Part shown: in pieces, positions 17,370 through 25,688 of the stretch
Layout: every line of letters starts with the position of its first letter
Numbering within the stretch: position 1 is the stretch's first letter
Origin: a virus
Lineage: Duplodnaviria; Caudoviricetes
Virus record (IMG/VR): IMGVR_UViG_650627003_000001
Coordinates: 1 to 64,000 of that record
Length of the DNA stretch: 64,000 nt
Strand: one strand, 5' to 3'
The notes under the pieces: model-generated
The model's database searches: none
The model's input: the letters and a program-made list of their open reading frames with translations, nothing else
What the model was told of the DNA's origin: nothing
Made by a program: the position numbers and the translations under genes

Positions 17370-17746
17370 TTCCACTCCGCCTTATAGTCTAATCGAACTT
17401 GGTATGCACAATCGTCATCATGAAGATCTAACACATGAAGGGCTTTAGACGCCTCAATCGGGCAATAAAATGTTTCAACCTCTTCAAAGTCTTCGTAGTC
17501 GACTTTGCCAAGAATGTATTTAGGCGTGATGTGAAGAGAAACTTTGTCATGGACTTCTTCGACATACCCTATCAAATCTTCAGACGTAATAGGTACTGCA
17601 CTGCCCCGGCGATAAATCGGCTTATCGTAAAGACTTGTTACTTTACCAGTACGGTCGTCAATTAAAAAAATATTGTGAGTACGAAGGACACAAAATATTC
17701 CATACGGTAAATGTTCACCTACATCGAGTTTTAATTTATATTGCAT
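17366..17746 (-). CDS. hypothetical protein
   Basis: SD GAGGA, preceded by an 11-bp hairpin at 17761..17785. Confidence 0.6.
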   Translation of the reverse strand: MQYKLKLDVGEHLPYGIFCVLRTHNIFLIDDRTGKVTSLYDKPIYRRGSAVPITSEDLIGYVEEVHDKVSLHITPKYILGKVDYEDFEEVETFYCPIEASKALHVLDLHDDDCAYQVRLDYKAEWK

Positions 17747-17790
17747 TTTGAGTTCCTCAAAGACTGGGGACTATGTCCCCAGTCTAGTTA

Positions 17791-18012
17791 TTAATCAGAT
17801 TCGATTTCAGAGCTGTCGATGTAATCCATAAGAACACAAATAAGATTGTTATAATCCCCAGTTTTGCACTCATCAAGAACTTTGTAGATGTCCTCTTTAG
17901 ACCAACCTTGACGTTGCGCAGAGTGCTTAAAAGCACCCATTAAAGTGAATGCATTACCATCAAGACCAACTAAAGTCATTTTAACAGTTTTTGCTGGAGT
18001 AAATAAGTTCAT
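17791..18012 (-). CDS. conserved hypothetical (LVGLDGNAF...GDY family)
   Basis: Recurrent phage/mobile-element motif; start MNLFTP behind GAGGA. Confidence 0.65.
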   Translation of the reverse strand: MNLFTPAKTVKMTLVGLDGNAFTLMGAFKHSAQRQGWSKEDIYKVLDECKTGDYNNLICVLMDYIDSSEIESD

Positions 18013-18089
18013 AAAGATTTCCTCAATTTTCAAATCAAGACATTTGATTTGATACACCCATTATAACAATAGGTGTATCGCTTGTAAAC
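18013..18089 (-). promoter_or_regulatory. early promoter with CAAATC leader hairpin
   Basis: TTTACA-17-TATAAT; CAAATCAA-ATGTC-TTGATTTG; GAGGA. Confidence 0.8.
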
Positions 18090-18091
18090 TA

Positions 18092-18412
18092 TTAATGTAA
18101 TAATTTTACTTTAAATTTTGATTTTAATAGATTGACTGCTTCTTCAATCATATCAAAACCACCTTCTTCAATTTGATCACCGAATTCGATTTGATTAGTT
18201 TCTGTATTGAATGTCCACATAACACACATATAGATAATCTCATCAATCTCAGAATCTTCATACTCATAAATTGTGTAGCCAGTAGTTTCTACTTGCTCAG
18301 CTCGATTTACAAGTGAAAATCGGAAATAACTCTCAACGATTTTCACTTCGATAGAAGAGAATTCTTCTTGTAAAGCTGCAACTAAGTTAATGCGAGTAGG
18401 TAATAAGCTCAT
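18092..18412 (-). CDS. hypothetical acidic early protein
   Basis: Start MSLLPT behind the leader cassette. Confidence 0.6.
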   Translation of the reverse strand: MSLLPTRINLVAALQEEFSSIEVKIVESYFRFSLVNRAEQVETTGYTIYEYEDSEIDEIIYMCVMWTFNTETNQIEFGDQIEEGGFDMIEEAVNLLKSKFKVKLLH

Positions 18413-18516
18413 TTTGTGTTCCTCAATTTTCAAATCCGTTATTAGATTTGATAAAGTTATAATACTAAAAATATCAGTACTTGTAAACCCAAAAAGTGTC
18501 CATATGGACACTTTTT
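18413..18516 (-). promoter_or_regulatory. terminator plus early promoter with CAAATC leader hairpin
   Basis: Palindromic AAAAAGTGTCCATATGGACACTTTTT, GTTTACA-17-TATTAT; leader identical to that at 19306..19350. Confidence 0.8.
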
Positions 18517-18527
18517 AATCAAGAGAT

Positions 18528-18941
18528 TTATTCTTTCTTTGGAAATGCCGTTGAGAATAAAATCACACCTGCAACTGCACCACCACCGACAATTATAACA
18601 AACCAAGTAAACCATACTATTATCATAGAAAACACCCAAACAATCGATTCGTCTTCTTGGGCCGTTTTAATAAGTTTAGAGTCTTTACCAATGATAGTTC
18701 TGTCAAACGTGGATTTTGCGACAGGGACGTTTTGATCACCAAAGACTAAGATATACTCATCGCACGAATAACGATCGTACTTACCACAAGAATACGTTTG
18801 GTGATATTTTTCTGTAACAATACCATCAGCGATGATTTGTTCGTATGTTTTTGGCTTATCAAAAAAGTAGAAGTAATGACTTCCACCAAAGACTACAATT
18901 GCAATAACTGCGATAATACAACGTGCGATAATTTTATACAT
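18528..18941 (-). CDS. two-TM membrane protein with a Cys-pair loop
   Basis: Hydrophobic N- and C-terminal segments; YSCGKYDRYSC. Confidence 0.65.
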   Translation of the reverse strand: MYKIIARCIIAVIAIVVFGGSHYFYFFDKPKTYEQIIADGIVTEKYHQTYSCGKYDRYSCDEYILVFGDQNVPVAKSTFDRTIIGKDSKLIKTAQEDESIVWVFSMIIVWFTWFVIIVGGGAVAGVILFSTAFPKKE

Positions 18942-18963
18942 TTTAAATTCCTCAAAGAAGGTC

Positions 18964-19308
18964 TTAAAGACCTTCAACTCCAATTGCTTGTGAGAATCGG
19001 AAGTTTGCATAATCTTCCAAATCGTTGATTTCAGTAAAGAATTCAAAGTCAGGATTCACTTCTTGATCAAATTCGTTTTGATCTACAATGTCAGCGTTAT
19101 CAAACAAATTACACTCTTCATATTCGTTAAAAGCTGGCTTTTCGATACGATTGATTAGGTATTCTTCCTCAAACGTAGAGTAAGAAAGAACAACAAAGAA
19201 TTCTGGGAATTCATGGATTTGACAAATTTCAACGCTAGGATTTTTGCAGTCAACGTGATCTTTAAAGAAGTTTGGAATGATTGATTTAAGTTTGTTTAAT
19301 GTACGCAT
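18964..19308 (-). CDS. hypothetical acidic early protein
   Basis: Start MRTLNK behind the leader cassette. Confidence 0.6.
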   Translation of the reverse strand: MRTLNKLKSIIPNFFKDHVDCKNPSVEICQIHEFPEFFVVLSYSTFEEEYLINRIEKPAFNEYEECNLFDNADIVDQNEFDQEVNPDFEFFTEINDLEDYANFRFSQAIGVEGL

Positions 19309-19385
19309 TTTGTGTTCCTCAATTTTCAAATCCGTTATTAGATTTGATAAGCCTATAATACTAAATTCTTGCGGGCTTGTAAACA
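19309..19385 (-). promoter_or_regulatory. early promoter with CAAATC leader hairpin
   Basis: GTTTACA-17-TATTAT; CAAATCT-AATAAC-GGATTTG. Confidence 0.8.
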
Positions 19386-19392
19386 GTTATTT

Positions 19393-19878
19393 TCACTTAT
19401 ATGAAAGAATTCCAATAAAATATTTTCGTCCAGAAATCATAAGGACTCCGGGAATTGGTTTTAGCTTTCCAGTAAGTGCAATTGAAGATTCTGGTTTTTC
19501 ACTGATATTATGTTTAGTGAAATAGTTTTCGCTTGATTGAGCTTCTTTTACGTCAGCAAACTTAGAAAGAATTACTTCTTTGGCCTTTTCTAATGTCTCG
19601 TATACCCCGACAACAAAAGCACTAGTTTCCCAATCATCTTCTTGCGCCATCACGACATGACGTCTTGTGGTCGCTGATTGTATCGTACATGGTACACAGA
19701 GGTCTACCTGTTGCGGACTAAGCATTATTGGTGATTGTTCATCAATCATAATAGGCATTGAATCCTGGTCGTAACAGGTGCCATCATACGCTATATAAAA
19801 ATAGTCATACCCTTTTAGAATAGAAAGAACCTCGTCTGTCGGGGTACCAAATACTCGAGCAATTTTACAATTTTTCAT
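19393..19878 (-). CDS. hypothetical protein
   Basis: 161-aa ORF. Confidence 0.6.
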   Translation of the reverse strand: MKNCKIARVFGTPTDEVLSILKGYDYFYIAYDGTCYDQDSMPIMIDEQSPIMLSPQQVDLCVPCTIQSATTRRHVVMAQEDDWETSAFVVGVYETLEKAKEVILSKFADVKEAQSSENYFTKHNISEKPESSIALTGKLKPIPGVLMISGRKYFIGILSYK

Positions 19879-20085
19879 AGCAAGTTTCCAGTCATTTTAA
19901 CTTTTAATACACATGCAATTACAATAGAAATTACAGTCCAAAGCAGTGCGTGCAAACAAGAATCGATCATGCCACGTATCAGGTTTACTTGAACGTTCGG
20001 CTGCAACAGAACCAAGAACAGCCAATAAGAGAAAGAATAAAATATTGAATACAAACATTCCAGTCATTATTTGATCATACGACAT
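19875..20085 (-). pseudogene. two-TM membrane gene frameshifted by a 4-bp tandem duplication
   Basis: GCAC-GCAC at 19946-19953; removing one copy gives ...RFLFALLWTVISIVIACVLKVKMTGNLL*, ending in an ATGA overlap with the next gene. Confidence 0.75.
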
Positions 20086-20086
20086 T

Positions 20087-20404
20087 TTAGTTGTCCTCAC
20101 CAATATAGATTAATTCAAGGTCATACGACCAGCCTGTATTGTCAGCAGACCGGCTGAATTTAAGAGAGCCTTTAAGTGCTAAAGATTTTAAAGTAGACGC
20201 ATCCAGCGTCATATCTTTAAAGAATAGCTCTACTGTGGGCTTTAAAATCTGTGGCAATTGTACCGGTCTTGTAAGGTCAGAAGGCTTATAAGATAAATGA
20301 AATTTTGACACACTTGTGCTTGTATCAATGACTACATCCATCGCTGTATGATGAATAGATAAGAACTTCATTTTTGTCGAAAGGACTGCAACTAAAGTAC
20401 CCAT
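20087..20404 (-). CDS. hypothetical protein
   Basis: SD GAGGA. Confidence 0.6.
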   Translation of the reverse strand: MGTLVAVLSTKMKFLSIHHTAMDVVIDTSTSVSKFHLSYKPSDLTRPVQLPQILKPTVELFFKDMTLDASTLKSLALKGSLKFSRSADNTGWSYDLELIYIGEDN

Positions 20405-20450
20405 TTTAAATTCCTCGATTGGTGGACCTCTTTCGAGGTCCTATTTTTAA

Positions 20451-20846
20451 TTAAACTTTATCAAACTGTACATCGAAGAAAACATTTTTATATGATTCGT
20501 CATATAAGTAAGTTGCTCGAAACTGTTCTTTAAAAAATGTTACTGTGAATCCTTTACCTTTTTGATCAATGAATTCCACAATTGCATGTTGAGAAGATTG
20601 AGTACGAACATAACCACCTTGGCGTTTTAAGAAACTAATCATTTCGTCAAACTTATTCTGAATTTTTTCTGACTTAACGCTTGTGCAGTCCATTGGAGAA
20701 AGCTGAACGTAAGTAGGAATACGACGAATAAGTTTACCAGAACCATCACGCATTGGACGAAAGTTACCATCTAATGCTTCAACTTTAACGGTTGCTTTAG
20801 GAAATTCTGTGTTGAATAATTTTTTAGCTTCAGTAATTTTTAACAT
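20451..20846 (-). CDS. hypothetical early protein
   Basis: Start MLKITE behind the leader cassette. Confidence 0.65.
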   Translation of the reverse strand: MLKITEAKKLFNTEFPKATVKVEALDGNFRPMRDGSGKLIRRIPTYVQLSPMDCTSVKSEKIQNKFDEMISFLKRQGGYVRTQSSQHAIVEFIDQKGKGFTVTFFKEQFRATYLYDESYKNVFFDVQFDKV

Positions 20847-20924
20847 GATGTATTCCTCAATTTCCAAATCAAGACATTTGATTTGATAAGCCTATAATAC
20901 TAAATTCTTATAGGCTTGTAAACA
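20847..20924 (-). promoter_or_regulatory. early promoter with CAAATC leader hairpin
   Basis: GTTTACA-17-TATTAT; 10-bp inverted repeat AAGCCTATAA/TTATAGGCTT across the -10. Confidence 0.8.
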
Positions 20925-20925
20925 G

Positions 20926-21240
20926 TTATTTTCGTTTTTTATAGGTAATTTTTTCAAGACGATGACGTGCTAGCCAAAGCAAATGATCTTGATATTTTTT
21001 AGGACATTTGTCAAACAAGTGTCCGCGATGCCCATTAAAGTTTTTATGGTATACTAATAAAGCACTATCAGTACCTAAATCAATCAATTCAACTTTCTGT
21101 CCAGCCATGCCAATATCACGGTCAATCAAATAAGGTAAAGGAATACCATATTTAGAAACTACTGCCGAAACTGGTATAGCAGTAAACTTGTTATGGTGCT
21201 TTCGCTTTGCATGTTTTAATTTGCGTTGTTTAGAGTTCAT
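20926..21240 (-). CDS. hypothetical basic protein
   Basis: ORF in operon. Confidence 0.55.
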   Translation of the reverse strand: MNSKQRKLKHAKRKHHNKFTAIPVSAVVSKYGIPLPYLIDRDIGMAGQKVELIDLGTDSALLVYHKNFNGHRGHLFDKCPKKYQDHLLWLARHRLEKITYKKRK

Positions 21241-21546
21241 TTACTTGTACACCTTTGAGAATAGTTTATGGTTTAGCTGTTTTGTGAAAAAGTATACGAA
21301 CTCAAGCTTGTTTTTAAACTCGCACGGGATTCGTAAGAATAAACCTTTTCGCAGAAGCCCTTTAATCGGGGTGTTAATATCCAAATCGCCTTCTGTGATT
21401 TCAAACATCCAAATATCTTCAGTTTGTTGGATACGCGCACCAAGCGGAGAACCAGTACTTGCTGTATTAAGACAAGTACCAGAAAAACAAGCTGGTTGAT
21501 GGCTCGGCTTTTTTGAACCATCACGATAAATTAATACGTCTTTCAT
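21241..21546 (-). CDS. hypothetical protein
   Basis: ATGA overlap. Confidence 0.55.
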   Translation of the reverse strand: MKDVLIYRDGSKKPSHQPACFSGTCLNTASTGSPLGARIQQTEDIWMFEITEGDLDINTPIKGLLRKGLFLRIPCEFKNKLEFVYFFTKQLNHKLFSKVYK

Positions 21547-21839
21547 TTCACTTCCTTCTTAACTTTTTTCCAAAGAGCTTTAAAGTCATCAACATCGTCT
21601 TTGTCGACAATCCAAGAACATCCAGTACCCCAAGAATATTCTGCGCAGTCGTCAGAGCATTCTTGTTTCCAAGTGATGTCTTTACCAGCACCGTTTGCAC
21701 CGTAAACAGTAGAACCAATTGCAACATCAAGACGTTCAATAAGCTTAGCTTCATCTTCGTTACCTTGGATTTGGAAGATAACTTTGTTGCGAAGGTTTTT
21801 GTATTCAGCAGATTGATTGTTTAATTTTGCAAGTTTCAT
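21543..21839 (-). CDS. hypothetical early protein
   Basis: First gene after a promoter cassette. Confidence 0.65.
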   Translation of the reverse strand: MKLAKLNNQSAEYKNLRNKVIFQIQGNEDEAKLIERLDVAIGSTVYGANGAGKDITWKQECSDDCAEYSWGTGCSWIVDKDDVDDFKALWKKVKKEVK

Positions 21840-21860
21840 GATGTATTACTCAGTACGTTG

Positions 21861-21911
21861 TTGATAATGCTATAATACTAAAAAAGGAGAGCATTGTAAA
21901 TACTCTCCTTA
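21861..21911 (-). promoter_or_regulatory. terminator/early-promoter cassette, copy 3
   Basis: Stem variant AAGGAGAG/CTCTCCTT around TTTACA. Confidence 0.85.
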
Positions 21912-21923
21912 AAAATAATTAAA

Positions 21924-22748
21924 TTATTTTTTGCGAACCATCATGTAGTCATAACCAATAGTAATATGCTTGTCGTCTAATTCATATACAGCAACCGATG
22001 AATTAGAAGCTTTTGTAGTCCGAGCACCCAAATGTTCGATTTCAGATTTGAGTTTATTTTTTGAAATAATGTCGGAAGACGCAAATCGAAGCTTTGCAAA
22101 ATCTTCTTCGCCGGTAACAGAATATTTAACGTTAGCGCTTTTAGCAATTCCACTCAACCAATCACCAATATTTCCTTTTGACTTAGTAGTCGCTTTGGAA
22201 ACTTTATCCACTGCTTTTACTACTGGCTGACTAGATGAAGTTTTAGCTTCTGACTCACCAGGCATTTGGATTTGATTTGATTGAACATTGTTTGCATTCC
22301 ACTTACGGACTGCAGCTTCATTAGTAGTAAACAATTTTTGAACAGCTGGGACTATAATTTTCTTTAGTCGAAGCCAAGCAGCACTGCTTTCTGTAGCGGT
22401 TTTGACGTCTTTGTCTAATACCGGATACGTGTGCTTATTACGATTAATAGAACGACCATTGCGATATGACCACAACTTAGCTTGTACAAATTCGCTTTCC
22501 ACGCCTTCGATAAAGACCATACTATTTCCAATACGAACACCGATAATGTTAGGACGCTCAATTGTTTCAATATTTGGATATTTAGACGATCCTTGACCAG
22601 CCATTGCCATAGCTAAAAAACGTTGACCTGCCATTTCTAAAATAACTGCTGGTGAATCGGATTCACCACCTGAAGTATATGGTCCAATATACTTTACTTT
22701 TGTAGCCTTAGCTTTAATCGATTCGTATAGCGTAGTAAAGTTTTCCAT
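21924..22748 (-). CDS. putative internal head protein
   Basis: N-terminus MENFTTLYES resembles the T4 capsid-targeting sequence with an L-x-E cleavage site; late-like AATAAATA upstream. Confidence 0.45.
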   Translation of the reverse strand: MENFTTLYESIKAKATKVKYIGPYTSGGESDSPAVILEMAGQRFLAMAMAGQGSSKYPNIETIERPNIIGVRIGNSMVFIEGVESEFVQAKLWSYRNGRSINRNKHTYPVLDKDVKTATESSAAWLRLKKIIVPAVQKLFTTNEAAVRKWNANNVQSNQIQMPGESEAKTSSSQPVVKAVDKVSKATTKSKGNIGDWLSGIAKSANVKYSVTGEEDFAKLRFASSDIISKNKLKSEIEHLGARTTKASNSSVAVYELDDKHITIGYDYMMVRKK

Positions 22749-22853
22749 TATGTTTCCTAAATGTAGAGTAAATTAAGCTGTATTTATTAAAACAAAACTA
22801 TCAGATTTGTAAATAGTCTGATAGTTTTCTCGTCTACTTTTTAATCAATTTGA

Positions 22854-23357
22854 TCATAATACGTCCTTTAAGAACTGACCGGATTGAAGAACAATTTTAT
22901 TTGGAGTTGGGTCTTGCTCACATGAGTCAATAAATTGATCCCATTTATCTTGCATTAGTTGAATAAACCCAGGAGCATTTCCACGCTTAGTATAACGTTC
23001 AATATATTCTTCTTTCAAAGATCGATCTGGGTAAACTAGTGTGTATGCTAAACCACGTTCATGCATTGCTGCTCGAACATTGTCATGACTAGACACTAAT
23101 GCGAGGAAGCCATCTAAAACGTTATTCTGGAGAGTTTTGACCATCCAATTAATGTAATTATCTGGGAACTCTGATTTATCGTATGTAGACGAATCAGAAT
23201 CAAATACAGCCGGTGTCCCGACTGGGCGTACCATTCGATATACAGCATAACCATCGACAGTCATTGGATAGAGACCGTAGTCATAGCCATTCTTGTGAAT
23301 TGTCGACTTTCCTGTTCCCGGAAAGGCAGAAATAAACCCGCGCGATTTAAGTTTCAT
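22854..23357 (-). CDS. P-loop nucleotide-kinase-like protein
   Basis: ISAFPGTGKST, DSDSS, ERYTKRGN. Confidence 0.7.
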   Translation of the reverse strand: MKLKSRGFISAFPGTGKSTIHKNGYDYGLYPMTVDGYAVYRMVRPVGTPAVFDSDSSTYDKSEFPDNYINWMVKTLQNNVLDGFLALVSSHDNVRAAMHERGLAYTLVYPDRSLKEEYIERYTKRGNAPGFIQLMQDKWDQFIDSCEQDPTPNKIVLQSGQFLKDVL

Positions 23358-23934
23358 AATATTTGTCATCCAATTTAAAAGTACCAAATAAATTTGTCTT
23401 TGAATCTTCGATTGCTTTTTCTATGTCTTCACTAAACTGTTCTAACATAGAAACTGCTGAATCAAAGTTTTCACAATTCCCAAGATTGCATACCGGGATA
23501 TTGTAAGTTTTTGCCAATCTAAGAGCTTGTCCAGTACCGCCAGTTTCAGTTGCATTTACGGTCCAGCAAACGATAAAATCTACTGGACGATTCAATTTAG
23601 GACCAAGAACAATATTGCCGTTTCTTATATGCATAAGTTTAGCTGAATACGAACAATTCCACCATGCTGGATGATGAGACGCTGCTAGTTTTCTTGCTTC
23701 TTTGCTGTTATCGAATGGCATAGATTCTTTATAACCATTATAATTAGGAAATGGTAAGTAATTGTGGATCGTACCATTTCCTGCTCTGGCACCAGTAATA
23801 AATGCTGTATCAGCACCTGCAGCGCCGCCTGTTGCTAATGTAAAGTTTTCCAAAGCTAGATATTCAGCAAATTGTTCCATAGCCTCTAGAACGAAATCTG
23901 GAGTCTCTCTACTACCGATGCCAGCATAAATCAT
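23347..23934 (-). CDS. SLOG / DprA-Smf-like Rossmann protein
   Basis: YAGIGSRETP, TGGAAGAD, RN, GGTGQALRLA. Confidence 0.75.
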   Translation of the reverse strand: MIYAGIGSRETPDFVLEAMEQFAEYLALENFTLATGGAAGADTAFITGARAGNGTIHNYLPFPNYNGYKESMPFDNSKEARKLAASHHPAWWNCSYSAKLMHIRNGNIVLGPKLNRPVDFIVCWTVNATETGGTGQALRLAKTYNIPVCNLGNCENFDSAVSMLEQFSEDIEKAIEDSKTNLFGTFKLDDKYYET

Positions 23935-24254
23935 TTTGTTTTGCCAACCATTCTAAGATAAGAATTTGAAAAGTGCTTGACCGTTTGATTTTGTAAAGAG
24001 TCACAATACTCAACATCATCTTCATTAGTAACAATGGCTTGGTAAATAATGCCTTGTTCCACTCGTTGCAATACATAATATGCCATACAGTCGTTCAAGT
24101 ATTCTATTGGTCCATTTCTACAAGTACGCAAACATTGTTGCACAGTGTATTTCTCGCCTTGATATTGGACCGATTGATTGACAAAATAAAGAAATGGTTG
24201 TTCTTCGCCGATAGGGTATTCGTCATCGGAGCCTAAACGTTTATAGTGCGACAT
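23931..24254 (-). CDS. hypothetical protein
   Basis: ATGA overlap. Confidence 0.55.
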   Translation of the reverse strand: MSHYKRLGSDDEYPIGEEQPFLYFVNQSVQYQGEKYTVQQCLRTCRNGPIEYLNDCMAYYVLQRVEQGIIYQAIVTNEDDVEYCDSLQNQTVKHFSNSYLRMVGKTK

Positions 24255-24256
24255 TA

Positions 24257-24631
24257 TTAGTACTCCAAAAATGTTTCATGTGAACACTTATGGTTATGTA
24301 CTTGAGAGTAGCAAGTTTTGGTCTTGTGACACTTTGTTACGAGAACATAGACTTGACAATTATAATCAGGTCCAAACTCACCAAATAATCGAGCCCGAGT
24401 TAAAACGTTCGAACTTTGGCGTGAATCAAACTTTTCAAAAGTCGTTGCAAGATTTCTTGCTAAACGTGGAGTCCATTCTGCAAGCCCATGAATACCAACT
24501 CGCTTTAACGCAATGTCTATTTGGTTTAATTCATTATGACTTCTTGGACGAATTAAAACTTCATCAGATGTTTCCAATGCCTTTAAAACTCGTTTTGCAA
24601 ATTTTTCAATATTTGATTTCATATTAATCAC
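24257..24631 (-). CDS. hypothetical protein
   Basis: ORF in operon; start 24631 or 24622. Confidence 0.55.
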   Translation of the reverse strand: MINMKSNIEKFAKRVLKALETSDEVLIRPRSHNELNQIDIALKRVGIHGLAEWTPRLARNLATTFEKFDSRQSSNVLTRARLFGEFGPDYNCQVYVLVTKCHKTKTCYSQVHNHKCSHETFLEY

Positions 24632-24714
24632 CTGAAGAATAACGACACTAGGGCTATAAAAGCCCCAGCACCTAAAATCACACTTGATATTCCAAGCATT
24701 ACTTTATTTAGCAT
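24628..24714 (-). CDS. 28-aa membrane peptide (not in ORF track)
   Basis: MLNKVMLGISSVILGAGAFIALVSLFFR; overlaps both neighbours. Confidence 0.5.
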   Translation of the reverse strand: MLNKVMLGISSVILGAGAFIALVSLFFR

Positions 24715-24832
24715 TACGTGCTGCACGCATAAAGCCAAGTTTAAGAGATAACTTCATAGTAGCTTTAGGGTCACGAAGTTTGCCAACTTTAGAAGTTTGA
24801 GGTTGTTCGACTTGAGCTTTAACTTTAGACAT
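24704..24832 (-). CDS. 42-aa basic protein (not in ORF track)
   Basis: MSKVKAQVEQPQTSKVGKLRDPKATMKLSLKLGFMRAARNAK; SD AAGGAG. Confidence 0.7.
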   Translation of the reverse strand: MSKVKAQVEQPQTSKVGKLRDPKATMKLSLKLGFMRAARNAK

Positions 24833-24847
24833 GATTGTCTCCTTTGA

Positions 24848-25200
24848 TTAAATTTTTTGCATTTTTGCAAGTTGAGCATTGGCTAATTCAAGCCATTGCT
24901 GTTTTGTGATCTTTTCGCCAACATCTGAAGTAAAAAGACGAATTACTTCCCAGTGTTCAGGTTTAAACCAGTCTTTTTTGTCAGATGCAAAGTATTTCTC
25001 TGACACTTGGCGACGAATGTCAAAGTATACACTCTAAGAGCTTCACGTTCACGTTGTGACATATAGAAGCCAGGCCAGCCAAGAGTTTTACCAATAACAC
25101 ATGAGTAATAACTGTTCATGTAAAATTCTGTAGAATCTTGAAGCTTTTCAACTTCAGAGATAAAACGTTGTAAACCTTTGATAAGAGCTTTAGCGTACAT
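24848..25200 (-). pseudogene. frameshifted early gene
   Basis: Frame changes at AGAGTGTATAC (~25025-25035); the downstream frame YFDIRRQVSEKYF...LAKMQKI* has no start near its beginning and ends at the next SD. Confidence 0.7.
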
Positions 25201-25276
25201 AATGATTTCCTCAATTCTAAATCAAGACATTTGATTTGATAAAGCTATAGTACTAAACTTTTTTAAGTTTGTACAC
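25201..25276 (-). promoter_or_regulatory. early promoter with CAAATC leader hairpin
   Basis: TGTACA-17-TACTAT; AAATCAA-ATGTC-TTGATTT; GAGGA. Confidence 0.75.
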
Positions 25277-25287
25277 CACTTTTTGAT

Positions 25288-25371
25288 TTATTTTAACAAA
25301 TAAATTAATCCGTTGACTAATATTGTTAAAACAATAGAACCAATAATACTATATGTCCAATTAATTTTCAT
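25288..25371 (-). CDS. 27-aa membrane peptide (not in ORF track)
   Basis: MKINWTYSIIGSIVLTILVNGLIYLLK. Confidence 0.5.
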   Translation of the reverse strand: MKINWTYSIIGSIVLTILVNGLIYLLK

Positions 25372-25597
25372 ATTCTTTGTCCATTGCATCAATGGCATAT
25401 GCCCATTTACCATGAACCATAGAAGGACTCAATTTTGACAATCGAGAAATACTCCACCCAGCCATGATCTCTGTCGTGACATCACATTTACGAACAATCT
25501 TTTCTTCGTAGTCGATGCCAATACCACGACACATTTCTGTGTATTCACCTTTAGGCTTCCAGTTCTTAGGAAGTAATTCAGGGATTTCAATGTTCAT
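25361..25597 (-). CDS. hypothetical protein
   Basis: Start MNIEIP. Confidence 0.55.
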   Translation of the reverse strand: MNIEIPELLPKNWKPKGEYTEMCRGIGIDYEEKIVRKCDVTTEIMAGWSISRLSKLSPSMVHGKWAYAIDAMDKEYEN

Positions 25598-25613
25598 TTT
25601 GATTTCCAACGTA

Positions 25614-25679
25614 AGGTACAATATTCTGTACTTTATTGTCTAAAACAAGTGGTTAGGTACAGAATATTGTACCTAACCA
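25614..25679. repeat. 18-bp perfect inverted repeat overlapping a 12-bp hairpin
   Basis: AGGTACAATATTCTGTAC (25614-25631) vs GTACAGAATATTGTACCT (25657-25674); stem TGGTTAGGTACA/TGTACCTAACCA (25650-25679). Confidence 0.85.
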
Positions 25680-25688
25680 AAAGATTAA

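Noticed and set aside
18013-20867. Shared DLKIEE/KIEEHK N-terminal peptides in several ORFs
   Set aside because: They are translations of the repeated leader and SD (AAAATTGAGGAA); the real starts lie downstream
22854-23934. NAD reconstitution pathway (NARP1/NARP2)
   Set aside because: No PRPP-synthetase-like, Nampt-like or NMNAT motifs in these proteins
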